Assembly: GCA_030264375.1 (NCBI GenBank)
Contig: JASCQW010000061.1
Coordinates: 69,054,258 to 69,118,257, forward strand
Source: Carcharhinus longimanus
Taxonomy: Eukaryota
Direction of reading: 5' to 3'
Length of the DNA: 64,000 nucleotides
The notes below the pieces were generated by a model. That model ran no database searches. It was not told the origin of the DNA and saw nothing but the letters and a program-made list of their open reading frames with translations. Both the position numbers and the translations under genes were made by a program. Shown here piece after piece: positions 39,183 through 51,479 of the stretch. The number at the start of each line of letters is the position of its first letter. The first letter of the stretch is position 1.

Positions 39183-39389
39183 CTGAACTGGGAAACTGGA
39201 AGGCATTGTGCTGCATTTGGGGACTCATTACAGGCCCAAACTGTCCTCCCACATTTCCCATCAGTCCCTGGTTAGCCAGATTCATCTGGGAGCCATGCAA
39301 AGAGCTGTGAGAGAGGAGCTGTGACCCAGGATTTGGGGACACTGGGGAGAAAGGACTGGTGGAAGGTGGTGGGGAAGTAAGCCCAGTAC
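39183..39389 (-). CDS. NCOA2: In-frame 207-bp (69-aa) alternative 3' extension of the Gln-rich exon ([16 protein letters not shown]...[25 protein letters not shown])
   Basis: The frame stays open to a second donor TCAG|gtactg at 39182 in the same phase 1. The peptide resembles the NCOA1 segment 'TPPASTSPFS...GNIGGQFG..INPQMQQNVFQYP' (recalled). Confidence 0.75.
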
Positions 39390-39615
39390 CATAGTTTGGA
39401 GGGTATGGGAACTGTTGTGGTGATGCCTGAGGAATCCGAGGGGTGCTCATGGCACCTGCCATGGTGCCTGAGGCTGCCATGTTTGCTGAGATGTTCAAAC
39501 CCTGCTGCCGCATCATCATGGTTCTCTGCTGCACTTGGTGCTGCAGCAACTGTCTTTGATGTAGATTCAAAAGCTCACGTTGTCTCTGGGCCAGCATCTG
39601 TGCATTAATAGGTCC
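39390..39615 (-). CDS. NCOA2: NCOA2 Gln-rich coding exon ([16 protein letters not shown]...QQFPYPPNY), short donor
   Basis: Matches human '[22 protein letters not shown]...QQFPFPPNYG'. Acceptor attcttcag|GGA, donor TATG|gtactg, 226 bp, phase 0->1. Confidence 0.93.
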
Positions 39616-39874
39616 CTGAAGAATAAATGGAAAATATATTTATAGCATTAACAGTCAAATACTCTAATAATATTAGGAACTGTTTAAACACTAAATATTA
39701 AATACTTTTCACTGAATATTTATACAGATTAATTTTGCATATCTACATATATCGTTAGCTGTACGATTCCCAAAACTAAAATACAGTTCATTATATTGAC
39801 CCTAATAAGGAAGAGCACTTGCCATAACTGTCCACATCAATTTGTAAGGGAATTCTGTACACTTCTACTTTACA

Positions 39875-40100
39875 GGGGGTCAGTTTTGCTCAGTTGGCTG
39901 AACTGTTGGTTCATGATGTAGAGCAATGTCAATAGCATGGGTTCAATTCCCGTAATGGCAGATGTTATTCATGAATGCCCCCAACTTCTCAGCCTTGCCT
40001 CTTGCCTGAGGTGTTGTGATTGTCAGGTTAAATCACCACCAGTCACCTCAAAGAGGACAGCAATTTATGGTCATCTGAGCCTAGGGTGATCTTATCTTAC
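39875..40100 (+). mobile_element. tRNA-derived SINE
   Basis: A-box/B-box-like gctcagttgg...gggttcaattccc followed by a repeat body. Confidence 0.5.
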
Positions 40101-40911
40101 TTCACAATGCAGTTTTTTTTCACAACTTTTTAGTTTCTAAATTTACACACAGGATTTATTCTAACAACATTCATGATTAGTTGATTTGACTTTGCAACAT
40201 GAAATTCAGCTGTGCTTTTAGCTAATCTGTCAGACTGAATTATTTGGAGGAATACATGCTAAGATCATTGCAGTCCTGACTTCTTTCAGGAAAATGCTGA
40301 TGAAATAATGTTTATAATTCACTGCTCAGTTATTTTTCATTTATTAATCTGTGTTGTAAACTGTATCACTGTAAGGTCAAGTTTTGCATCAACAGCTGGC
40401 ATCATTTTATTCCAACAATCATTTGAATACTGGAAGATTGGTAGAGCTTTCACAGACTTCTCACTGATATCCACAATAATAGACACAGGTATACTTCAAA
40501 GTGGCTGTTTTAAAATGAGTGCAAAATAAAATTTCCATTTCCTCATCCGAAAATGCGAAATGTCTACTGCCAATTCATTAATTCTTTGCTTGGGGAAGCA
40601 TGTTTCACCTTTAAATCTAAACAATAAGCGTTGGAAAGCTAGAAGCGAGGACAGGATCAGCTCGACAGGTCTATTGATTAATGATGATTAATGCCTTTCC
40701 CAACAGAGCCGCAGTCATTAGGGATGAGAACTCCAATTGATTTTCCTTCTCCCTACTGTAAGATGCAGAGGGCAACTGTGGTACCCAATCTCCACTTCTC
40801 TGAGATCAACTATCTCAGCCTAGGCCAGGGATCATGCCTCAAACATAAAGTTTTCTATTAAATGATAACTAATTAAGTGAGAAACATGTCACACCAGTTT
40901 CTGATACCTAC

Positions 40912-41001
40912 CTGACCACTCATCTGTGGTGGCACACTAGCCCTTAGAGGTAGATTCATGTTGGAGACGGTGGTAAGTGGATTCATTAGTGGCTGACGAT
41001 T
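40912..41001 (-). CDS. NCOA2: NCOA2 short coding exon (NRQPLMNPLTTVSNMNLPLRASVPPQMSGQ); not in the ORF track
   Basis: Read by hand from the reverse complement; matches human '[26 protein letters not shown]'. Acceptor ttgttag|AAT, donor CAG|gtaggt, 90 bp. Confidence 0.92.
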
Positions 41002-41937
41002 CTAACAATTAAAAATGAAGACATTGGTTATTTGTATGAAACTTTAAAAGGAAGATATCAAGATGCAGATGGCACACAAGCACCAATTATTTCAAAGTTC
41101 TGAAACACCAGAAGTGAGATAGAAGCTGTGTTACGATGTCTTTCACACAAAGGGAAGGAGCAAAAGAGTTAAATCAATGACACGGGCTGGAGGACAGCTA
41201 ATGCATACTGTTGTTTAAAGGAGACACACATAGACCAAGTAATTACAGGCCAGTCCACCTAACTTTAGTGGTGGGAAAATCATTGCAAAGATTTTGACGG
41301 ACAGGATAAATGTTCATTTAGAAATATGCAGATTAAGCGAAGAGTCAACATGGACTTTTGAAAGGAAGATCATGTGACTGATTTTTTTTTGGTGGCGGTA
41401 GCAAAGGAGGGTTGATGAGGACATTGCATTTGATGTAGTTTATATGGATTTTAGCAAGGTTTTTGATACAACTGTATATCATAGTGCAATTCAATAAGAC
41501 AGGAAAGGAATCTTGCCTACTTCAAACTATTCTTTTTTAAAAACACAGTCTTTTGCTGAAACGAAAGATGTTTGCTACAGGTCACACACCACAAAGGATT
41601 GTAACTTCCAACAGAGATCGCAAGAACAAGAGTTCCACTTGCAACGTTGTAGAATCTCGCACCTCACTGTAAGGCCACATTATAATCACAAAATTAGAAC
41701 ATTAACAGATGAGTTGGTTCCCTAGCCAGGGCAACAGCAAAGACATTAATCAAAAATGGCAGGATATGTAATCCTGCCTGAAAAGGGTGGTAGAGGCAGA
41801 AATTCACAGCATTTGAAAAATACTTGGATTTGCTAGAAAATGGGAACTGGGTGACAGCTCTCTTTTAGCTGACAAGCACACAATGGGCTGAAGAGCCTCT
41901 ATCCATGCAGTACTCCTGTATGATTCTTATTAATGAA

Positions 41938-42090
41938 TAGTAAGAAGCCTCACAACACCAGATTAAAGTCCCACGGCTTTATTTGGAATCACAAGCTGCT
42001 CCTTCATCAGGACTCGCCAAATTAACCTGGTGTTGTGAGACTTCTTACTGTGCCCACCCCAGTCCAACACCAGCATCTCCATATCATGGC
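41938..42090. mobile_element. Short inverted-repeat Penelope-derived element with 12-bp TSD (CTTATTAATGAA)
   Basis: Arms agtaagaagcctcacaacaccag / ctggtgttgtgagacttcttact. The TSD is at 41926-41937 and 42091-42102. Confidence 0.75.
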
Positions 42091-42200
42091 CTTATTAATG
42101 AACACAGCTGGAAGGTTACCAAGACAAACATCATTCACTAAACTTTTTAAGCAGAACAAGAGGAGGAAAGATGAACTCTGAAATGCCAACCAGGAATTAC

Positions 42201-42497
42201 CATTTGCTGTCCTTGAAGCCTTTGCTGCAGTTGAAGGCGGAGCTGATTGGGCTGGTTGGGCACCATACCAGGAGACCTCAGGCCAGGCCTTGGCTGCATT
42301 CGTAACATTGAATATCCTGGTCGCTGCCCCATTTGAGTAGCCAAAGAATGAAAGTTAGCTTCCTGCATGTTAGAGTAGTTTCCTTGTACCACTGTCGTCT
42401 GAGAACCGTATGGCTGATTATAAACTTGAGGCTTTTCTACCATCATTGTGGACTTCTGATTTGAGAACGATTCTGGCTGGTGATCCACAGTTTGGCT
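42201..42497 (-). CDS. NCOA2: NCOA2 coding exon (SQTVDHQ...[10 protein letters not shown]...[19 protein letters not shown])
   Basis: Matches human '[34 protein letters not shown]'. Acceptor ttttcacag|AGC, donor ATG|gtaatt, 297 bp, phase 0->0. Confidence 0.94.
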
Positions 42498-43389
42498 CTG
42501 TGAAAATAAAAGTAAAACTATCATAAAGCAAGGTTGCTGAATGGTCTTTTCTCTTTAGTATTCCTAAATCCATGGCTTTGAGCACATCATGCAACAGCAA
42601 AAATGGTAGTAGTGGAAATTTGAGAGAAAATACAAAGCTGAAATTGCACTACATTAAGCGTTCCTACACTGCAACAGCAACTTCAAACATACTTCAATGG
42701 CCTTATGTAAAATCCGACTTATCTTGAAGTTCAGAGCAAATGTCAGGAACTCCCAAGTCCCAACAGACCCCGGGATATTTTCACACGTGCAGATGAGGAG
42801 CAGACTGAGCATGTTGAGGATGAGGATGGGCCCAATACACCCACACAGAATGAAAAAACAGTGGATTGTGTTCCAGGGTGTACAGTGCCTTAAAGGGAAG
42901 AGTCTCAGACAGGGGACTGATGGAAAGGTGGGTCCCAGTTAGGTTAAGAGAAGAAGGGCAGAAAAAAAAGCTCCAAGCAAGAGAAGGGCTGCAGCTAGCA
43001 GACTTTAAAGTGAAGGGGCAGGAAAAGCCCAGGCAGCCGAAGAGGGCTGAGGAAAGACCCAGGCAATCAAAGAGGGCTGAAGAGAAAGATCCAAGGCAGC
43101 AGAAGGTTGGGACTCCATGCTGCAGGCCTTTGGGCAAATGTACCCTTCTGGAACAGTACATTTCTGATAGGCATTAGTGAAGAGCTGAAGTTGTGCATTT
43201 GAGTTGGTGTTTGAATCCATACTTGGGAAACCAGGGGAACAGAATCTTTGGAAATGAAAAGTCTCCCTATATGGAGGCCGTTGCTGAGGTTGTCTGAGTT
43301 GGAGCCACCTTTGGACAGAATTCCAAAATGACATCTTCAAAGGTGTCAACTGGAATCCTTCGTGAGGGGGGTAGGGTTTCAATGGCATT

Positions 43390-43595
43390 AAGATAAAAGC
43401 AAAATATACTGTGGATGCTGGAATCTGAAACAAAAACAAAAAACGGTGGAAAATATTTGCAGATCTGCCAGCATCTGTGAAGAGAGAATAGAGCCAACGT
43501 TTTGAGTCCGGGCAGACTAAAAACGTTAGCTCTATTCTCTCTCCACAGATGCTGTCAGACCTGCAAATATTTTCCAGCATTTTCTGTTTTTCTTC
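43390..43595. mobile_element. Palindromic Penelope-derived element (second family) with 10-bp TSD (CAATGGCATT)
   Basis: Inverted arms surround a deleted centre (gccaacgttttgagtc...gactaaaaacgttagc). The TSD is at 43380-43389 and 43596-43605. Confidence 0.75.
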
Positions 43596-45959
43596 CAATG
43601 GCATTGGTTGACTCAGTGTTTACTGAGTTCTGGGCGGGTTGGTGTGAAATTGATGGGATCTGTCTTGATCTCACTCATTTATCATGCAGTGTTATGGGTG
43701 ACCACAATTTACCTGCTGATTGATACCTACATCATATTAAACTTGAATATTAGAGTACAAGATTGATATTTTGAACTTTATCTTTCTGGCCTTGCTTAAT
43801 AAAATTTATTTTTGTTTGTTCAAACCCCGTGGAATCTTGCAGCTTTACTTTCTTAGCAAATGCCTTAAATCCCAAACTTAGTCTACTTTAGATAAAAGAT
43901 CCCTGAAAGAATGCTAACAGGCCTTAAAGCATTTGAGGAGTCTGGTAGTCATGAAAGCACGATATAAAACGTACAGCTTTTATCTTTTGCAAGCCAAATA
44001 CAAGAAAAACCTATATTCCCCTTTTACTTTTAAACAAATAAGTTTCTCAAGAGCTTCAAAAAGTATTGAGTCATACATAACTCTTTATTCAGGATTTCAT
44101 TTATGAGTAATAATTTTCAGAATTAGCACAGATTTTTAAAAACCAACATTAAAAACACATCAATTCGTACAGCTGTAGGTTATTACTCATGTGGGAGTGA
44201 GCCAGAACTAATACCCCTTCTGAACTTCACAGCCGTGCAATAATCCAAAAGCTCCAGGTGCAGAAGTCAGTCCCTTTAAAACTCACTGGTGTGTTACAAA
44301 TAAACATTAGTGGGTACATTGGTCAGAATTCATAGTGAACAAATTCTAATTCTGCATCTCTCACATCAGGATTAAAAGGGACAATCAAACTGATTTGATT
44401 TTGTTAGCAGACGGGAAAGGCAATTTTCTATCATTTAAATGATTACAATTTTACCCTTTTAGTTATCAATCTTCTCTGACAATAATAGGACAAAAACCCC
44501 CTTCCTCACATACGCAAACTTGGACTGGCAATATCTAATGACAGCTTTGTGATCATCAAACTAAAAAACAACTACTTCTCACTCCACAGATGCTGCCAGA
44601 TCTGTTAAATATTTCTGGCATTTTCTGCTTTTATCTTAGATTTCCATCTTCTGTAGTAATGTCATTATCTACGTTTGCTTCAAGGAATTATGTTATTCAA
44701 CAGATACTACTCCTCAGTAACCAAACTTCTGCTGTAATTAACACTTCACAGATTACTGAACATCAATGGCTGTTTATACAACTCAAATTCTATAAAAGGC
44801 ATGGGCCACAGCTTCCACCCAGTGGTGTAAAGTCATGTCCGGCTGGAATTACAAGAGTTTAAAGCTCTGGAAAGCTTTGTTGAAACCTCCAATGGCTGGA
44901 GTTGCTTTGATCCTGCAGAGAAACAGTAACCAAAGGCCACAGCACAGTGCAACTCCAACAAACTCAGGGAGGTCCCAACCCCTTTTTTTACTGAATGGGT
45001 GCCATAAAGCAGGTAAGTTCAGAGGGCCCAGTGAAACTGATGGGCTGGATATGGTCAGGTCTGCTCCTGGGTCGGGAAAGGGCTGGTGGGAACCCCTGAC
45101 ACCGGGTGTGGATATGGTCCCAGTTTTTTTTGGGGGTGTGGGGGGTGGGGCAGGGAGAGATACCCTGTTGTTTGAATGTNNNNNNNNNNGCCCAGTTCAT
45201 GGACTGGTCTGGGTGTTTCAAATAGTCATACTCAGGTTACATGCAGCTTTATCTTTTCTAACTCTGAGAGTGACTATTGATATAAAACTGACAGAACTAT
45301 TCAAAGTTTGCGATTTCTTTGTTGGATGGCTCCCAGCACAGTACAATTGTTCAGGGGAAGTTAATGCTTCTGGACAACTGCCGCATAAAATCTTATCTGG
45401 GAACTTCTGAGGGGTATTCCCCAGCACACCTTCGGGATGCCCCCACCAAATCCAACACTGGGGGGCCAGGACATTACAGTTTCTTTGGATATAGACTTCC
45501 ATACTTAAAATTCACAGTTTACTTTTAGCAGCCAGCGCAATCCTTACCATGTAGCCACTATTTAATCTATTTACAAATTCTTATTTCTACTTGTTTATAG
45601 AGATTCTAAATGAAATAAATGGAGTCAATTCAGATTCTTATGTAACTCATTACTTGTACTGTCCTAAGCTAAGTGAATTGTCCAGTCTTAGTGTACAACA
45701 TTTCCTAACTTCAAACTCCAAATACTAAACTAGCTTTTGGAAGTATCTTTTAAAAAGAAATTATTAAAATACCTTCATCAGCTTTTAACCAATCATACTC
45801 AATGAATTAAATGATAAATTTGACACAAAATTATTTATAAAGGTATAAGTTTTTTAGAAAAATCCATGGACAGTCAAACATAACACGGTCACAAAACAAT
45901 CAACCTTTTCTCATATTCAGTGGAACCAAATCCCGAACTTCAGATGTGGATAAATACAG

Positions 45960-47740
45960 CAACAGTGAAGGAACGGTGATATGTTTCAAAGTCAAAACGT
46001 TAAGTGACTTGGCGGGGAACGTGCAGGTGGTGGTGTTCCCATGTGTCTGTTTCTCTCGTCGTTCTAGACAGTAGTGGTAGTGGTCATGGTTTTGAAGGTG
46101 CTGCCTAAGGAATCTTAGCATCTTTCTGCTCTCCATCTTGTAGATGGAACACTGCTGTCATCATTTATCAGTGGTGGAAGGATTGAATGTCTGTGGAACG
46201 GGTGTCAATCAAATGGGCTACTTTGTCTGCAAGGTGAGAATTTATTGAGTGTTGTTGCACTCAAACAGCAAATGGAGAGTACTCCACCACACTCCTGACT
46301 TGTGACTGGTAGATGGTGGACAGGTTTTGAAGAGTCAGGAGGTGAGTTATATGCTACAGGATTCCTAGCCTTTGACCTGCTCTTACAGCCATAGTATTTA
46401 TATGGCTAGTCCAGTTCAGTTTCTGGTCAATGATAATCCCCATGATATTGAGAGTTGGCTATTCAGTAATGGTAATGCCATTGAATGTCAAGGGGTGATG
46501 ATCTGACTCTCTCTCGTTGGAGATGGTTATTGCCTTGCCACTTATCAATCTAAACCTGGATATTGACCAGGTCTTGCTGCACTTGGACATGAACTGTTTC
46601 AGTATCAGAGTCATTGAAAATGGTGCAGTGAACATCCCACTTCTGATTAAATGATGGAAGGTTGGTCATAGACGAAGCAGCTGAAGATGGTTGGGCAGAG
46701 AACATTACCTGAGGAACTCCTGCAGTGATGTCCTGAAACTGAGCTGATTGACCTCCAACCACCATCCTTGCCAAGAATGACTCCAATCAGAAGAATTGAC
46801 TCCCATTGTTCTAGGGTTTCTTGATGCTACATTTGGTCAAATTTTGGCTTGCTGTCAAGGGCAGTCACTCTCACCTCTGGAGTTCAGCTCTTCTGTCCAC
46901 GTTTGAACCAAGGTTCTAAGGACATCAGGAGCTGAGTGACTTTGGCAGAACCCGAACAAAGTGTCACTGAGCAGGTGCTACTTGATTGTACTGTCGATGA
47001 CCCCTTCCATCACTTTATACAGATGATCGAGTAGACTGATGAGGCAGCAATTGGCTATTTTGGATTTGTTCTGCTTTCTGTGTACAGGACATACCTGAGC
47101 AATTTTCTACATTGCTGGTTAGATGCCAGTATTGTAACTGTACAGGAACAGGGGTGTGGTAAGTTCTGGGGTATTGTTGGACTATTGTCAGGGCCCATAG
47201 ACTTTGCAGCATCCAATGCCTTCAGTCATTTCTTGATATCACATGGACTGAATCGAAATGGCAAGAGACATCTGTGACGCTACGGCCTTGGCTTTTGCAC
47301 TGATGTGTTGGACTCCTCCATCATTGAGATCTTGGTGGAGCCTCCTCCTCCATTGAGTTAATTGTCCACCACCATTCACGACCAATGCGGCAGGACTGCA
47401 CAGTTTAGATCTGATCCATTGACTGTGGAACTGCTTAGCTCTATTACTTGCTGCTTAAGCATTTAGCAAGCAACTAATCTTGTGTTGTAGCTTCACCATG
47501 CTAACACCCCATTTTAGGTATGCCCGGTGTTACTTCTGCCATGTCTGCCTGCACTCTCCATTGAGCCAGGGTTGACTCCCTGGCTTGGTGGTAGAGTGGG
47601 TGATATATCAGGCAATGAGATTACTGATTGCGGTCGAGTACAATTCTGCTGCTTGTGATGGACCACAGTGCCTCATTGAAGCCCAGGCTTCAGCTGAAAG
47701 ATGGGTTTAAACTCTATCTCATGTAGCACAGTAGTACCCA
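45960..47740 (-). mobile_element. Old LINE fragment (RT and 3' region); related pieces at ~56640-57760
   Basis: 'MVVGGQSAQFQDITAGVPQ' corresponds to the non-LTR RT GVPQG motif; the sequence has many stops and frameshifts. Confidence 0.65.
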
Positions 47741-47807
47741 ATACTCAGTTTATCACAAACTCTAGTGATTACGACAGGCAAAAAAGTGACAATGAATCTT
47801 CTTAACC

Positions 47808-48081
47808 GCAGATAAAAGCAAAATACTGTGGATGCTGGAATCTGAAACAAAAAGTAGAAAATGCTGGAAAATTTCAGCAAGTCTGACAGTATCTGTGGGG
47901 AGATAATAGAGCCAATGTTTTGAGTCTAGATGACCCTTCATCAGATCTGACAGCAAAGCGAATCAACAGATTTGTTCTCAGCTCTGATGAAGGGTCATCT
48001 AGACTTGAACCGTTGGCTCTGTTCTCTCCCCACAGGTGTTGTCAGACTTGCTGTGACTTTCCAGCATTTTCCGTTTTTGCA
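47808..48081. mobile_element. Palindromic Penelope-derived element (second family) with 8-bp TSD (TCTTAACC) and two decayed hammerhead cores
   Basis: Inverted arms each carry CTGATGAAGGGTCATCTAGACT. The TSD is at 47800-47807 and 48082-48089, and an empty-site paralog lies at ~49279-49300. Confidence 0.8.
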
Positions 48082-48121
48082 TCTTAACCTCAGAATCTCT
48101 TGTGCACGTATGAACATTTAC

Positions 48122-48293
48122 CTGATTGACAAGTTCAGGGATGCCTAAGGCCCGATCAATCTCCTCCAGACCAAGCTCATCGATATTCTTTAGTGCTGAA
48201 CGCAATTGATCCAGAATTGTGCCTTCATCATTAGGTGGTTCCATTGGAATCGCTGGACAAAGCAGATCGTCTTGAGAACTGCTGTAGGATTGC
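48122..48293 (-). CDS. NCOA2: NCOA2 exon encoding the CBP/p300-interaction domain (AD1/CID): [36 protein letters not shown]
   Basis: Contains the p160 signature [15 protein letters not shown]. Tandem acceptor tag|cag|G, donor CAG|gtaaat, 172 bp, phase 2->0. Confidence 0.96.
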
Positions 48294-51200
48294 CTGCTAA
48301 TATAGAAAGCAAAATATAAAGAAATCTAGGCAAGTTTTTATAACGGGCATGAAAAGCAATCCATTATCTTACTACTATTGCCACATCAAGTGCAGGTCAC
48401 ATAATATCCCCCTCATATCTTCCCCTAGCATTGACCTACGCTGCATCAATTATCCTTGCCATTAAACCCTTTCAAACAGGCTTTGAAATGAGAATTCCTA
48501 GGACATGACGTAAATATAAAACGGAATAAGCACATTTCTGCACATCACTGGAAAAAGGCAGGATTATTATTCCTCAGGTGTCAATCACCAAAATGTATTT
48601 TTTCAAAGAATTATTGGGATAACTAACTAAATAACAATGCGCAATTACACTTCACTAATGTGGTCTCTAGTAGCTGTCATTTACTGGCTTGGAATATTTG
48701 TTCAACTGCGTTTTTCTTACCTATCTGGACATGTTGCTTCATAAGTGCGCCTTGCCTTGAATGCTCATTTCAAAGTTTTATCTTTAGTTTGATTACAACT
48801 TATAATTTAAGAGAGCTTTGGCTGTAAAGCACTTTGGAGATGTCCACTGTTGCGAAAGGTGCTGAATAAATGCACATCCTTCTGTCCTTTCAATTCAGCA
48901 GAGAAGCATCCTCCTACCATATCACTGTGAAACTGGCCTTTTCTCCATTAATGTACCTTATCCACAAGTACATTACACAAGTCTCAACTTGACATTATAT
49001 AAACTTCAATAGAGATCAGTTCTTATTCAGTACAGCACTTAAACTGTCTCACTACTTTTGCCATTAGAAGTTGTATTTACATTGCCTGTCAAACATTCTC
49101 AGATTACAGATTGTGGTTGAGTACAATTCTGTTGCTGATGGCCGCCTCATGGAAGCCCCAGTCTTCAGTTGCAAGATCACTTCAAAGTCTTTTCCATGTA
49201 GCAGTGGTAATACCACACAATACTCAGTTTATCACAAACTTTAGTGATTAAGACAGGCAAAAAAATGACAATGAATTTTCTTAACCTCAGAATCTCTTGT
49301 GCATATATGAATCCAAAGGACTCGGTGCACTAAGCCTGAAGGGTGACCTTTCCCTATTGCACCTTGGCAGCGGCTGCCCCAAACTTTAATGTGTCCCTCA
49401 ACAGTTAGTCCTGGAGCTTGGAATGTGCTCAATCAGAGACTGCTTCTCACTGTCACAAACTACTGAAAATGTGGATGTGACTGGGTGATAAATCAACGTA
49501 ACTTCTTGTGGCTCACTAGACAATTTAGACCTCACCAGGATAGTCCGCAGATCCAAGCTGTAGGCTGCAGTAGCAGTTTGTTTTATAGCTACTAGGAAAT
49601 AATTTGACCATAGAAGGATTGCATGGACTAGATCTGATCTGAATTTATTTAGATGAACACTTGAAATGTCATAGCATAGAAGGCTATGGACCAAGTGCTG
49701 GAAAATTAGATTGACAGCCAGCGTAGACACAATGGGCCAAAGGACCTCGTTCTGTGCTGTAAACTTTTTGACTCTGTATTACACATTCAATAAGCAGACA
49801 AATATGAAATCAGGGAAGTAATCAATGTACAAAAGCAAAACATTACATGTTGAACCGACATGTACGTGCATGATCTGAAACAAACAAGGGTCTTTTACTC
49901 CAAATTTCTACTAATTCATCCGAAAGATGTTCCTTTTGTGCATATTATTGCTGTCACAATGAAGTGAATTGAATTGGAAGTGAGTAGACCTTTAGAAATG
50001 AACTATTGGAGCAGAATGCCACAGACAGAATTCTGCAATGGATGCTTATTCAGAGGACCAACCTGACAGAAAGCATTAGATAAAACAGCATTGTTATGCT
50101 ATTGCATTAGTAAAAAAAATCTAGACAGCACAAGGTCAAATCCCACCAAGGCAGTCTGAGAAACAAAAAATATAAAGTTGGCATCGGCAAATGTAAAAAT
50201 TACCACAAAGCTATTGAAATGCCATGAAAAACCAAGTGATATGTTAATTTCTTTTCGGGAAGCAAATCTGCCAGTAGTACTCTGTTTGGCCTATAACTTT
50301 CACATCAACATGGTTGACCCTTCACTGTCCTCTGTGGTGACCCAACAAAACAACAGAAAACACTGCAAAGAAATCCATCACCACGATTTCGTTATTTCTC
50401 GACTTGATTCCTCCAATATTATCCTTTCTTAGCTTTCACAAACTAAAATTCTGCTATCCTTATCCTATCACCACACTAAGTCCAGGTTACACATCATCCC
50501 CCCTCCTTCATTGATCGACTCGCAGTCACCTCAAATTCTTGTCTTTGTGATTAGATCCATCCATGGATTTGCCACGCTCAACTCTATAATCTCCTCCAAC
50601 CACACCTTTCACTTACGTAATTCTCCAGTTCTAAGGTACCAGCCCATCATGCACCTCTCCAGTTACTGAACAATTCATGGTCGTGCCTTCAACTCTCCAG
50701 GTTCCACATTCTGGGATTTCTCCCCTTGCCATGACACCTCCATTACTATCCTCTTCAAAATTCACTGCCTCTCACCAAGCCCTTGATCACCTAATCCAGT
50801 CGTATTAGGCTTTCATCCAATTTTTAAAAATAACTTTCAATAGCACCTGTGGGATTTTTTTAAACTCAAGGGACTTTATATTTAAAGCAAGTTACTGTTG
50901 TTGATAACATAGTCCTAATAGTGTAATCAATCTCTTGCTTGTTTCAAAAGAGAGCCTCTTTAGACCACTTCTCGATGCAGCTCATATTCTACGCACTGTC
51001 TTGTCTACATTTTAAGTTAGGATACCACTGATTTTGCAATGCTTCCTCTCCTTTGTCTATTTTACTGTCGCAGCCAGTTTAACATCTCAATCTTCTTTGG
51101 TCTATTGTTTAACTATCCAAAATTGATTTTCCTTTTCACGCAACCAGTTCTTGCTTCCCCTCTCCTTGGTCTCAATTTAGGATCTTTTTCAAGTTTGAGG

Positions 51201-51349
51201 TGAAGCACTGAACGGTTTATAACTCAACAAACTTTTCTCACTGTATATGAAAATATGAGAAAGTTGGACAAATCAATAACTACATTTTAAACATTATTAC
51301 AAGTTATATTCCTAAAAAAAGTGATAGTCTAAATAACTGTGAAACTTAC

Positions 51350-51479
51350 CGATTTGGATTGACAAAAGGTCCCTGTTCTATAGGCATTATACTGTCTGGC
51401 CAAGGTGCTGTTTGGTTTGGTGGTGCTTGCTGCTGGCTGTATGGAGGACCTCCCATACCCATTTCAATGTCAGATGATC
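51350..51479 (-). CDS. NCOA2: NCOA2 coding exon ([36 protein letters not shown]...NR)
   Basis: Near-identical to human '[36 protein letters not shown]'. Acceptor caattag|GA, donor CG|gtaagt, 130 bp, phase 1->2. Confidence 0.95.

Noticed and set aside
43005-45410. 199-aa (43005-43604) and 191-aa (44835-45410) ORFs
   Set aside because: They run through repeat insertions or an N stretch and show no protein family signature.
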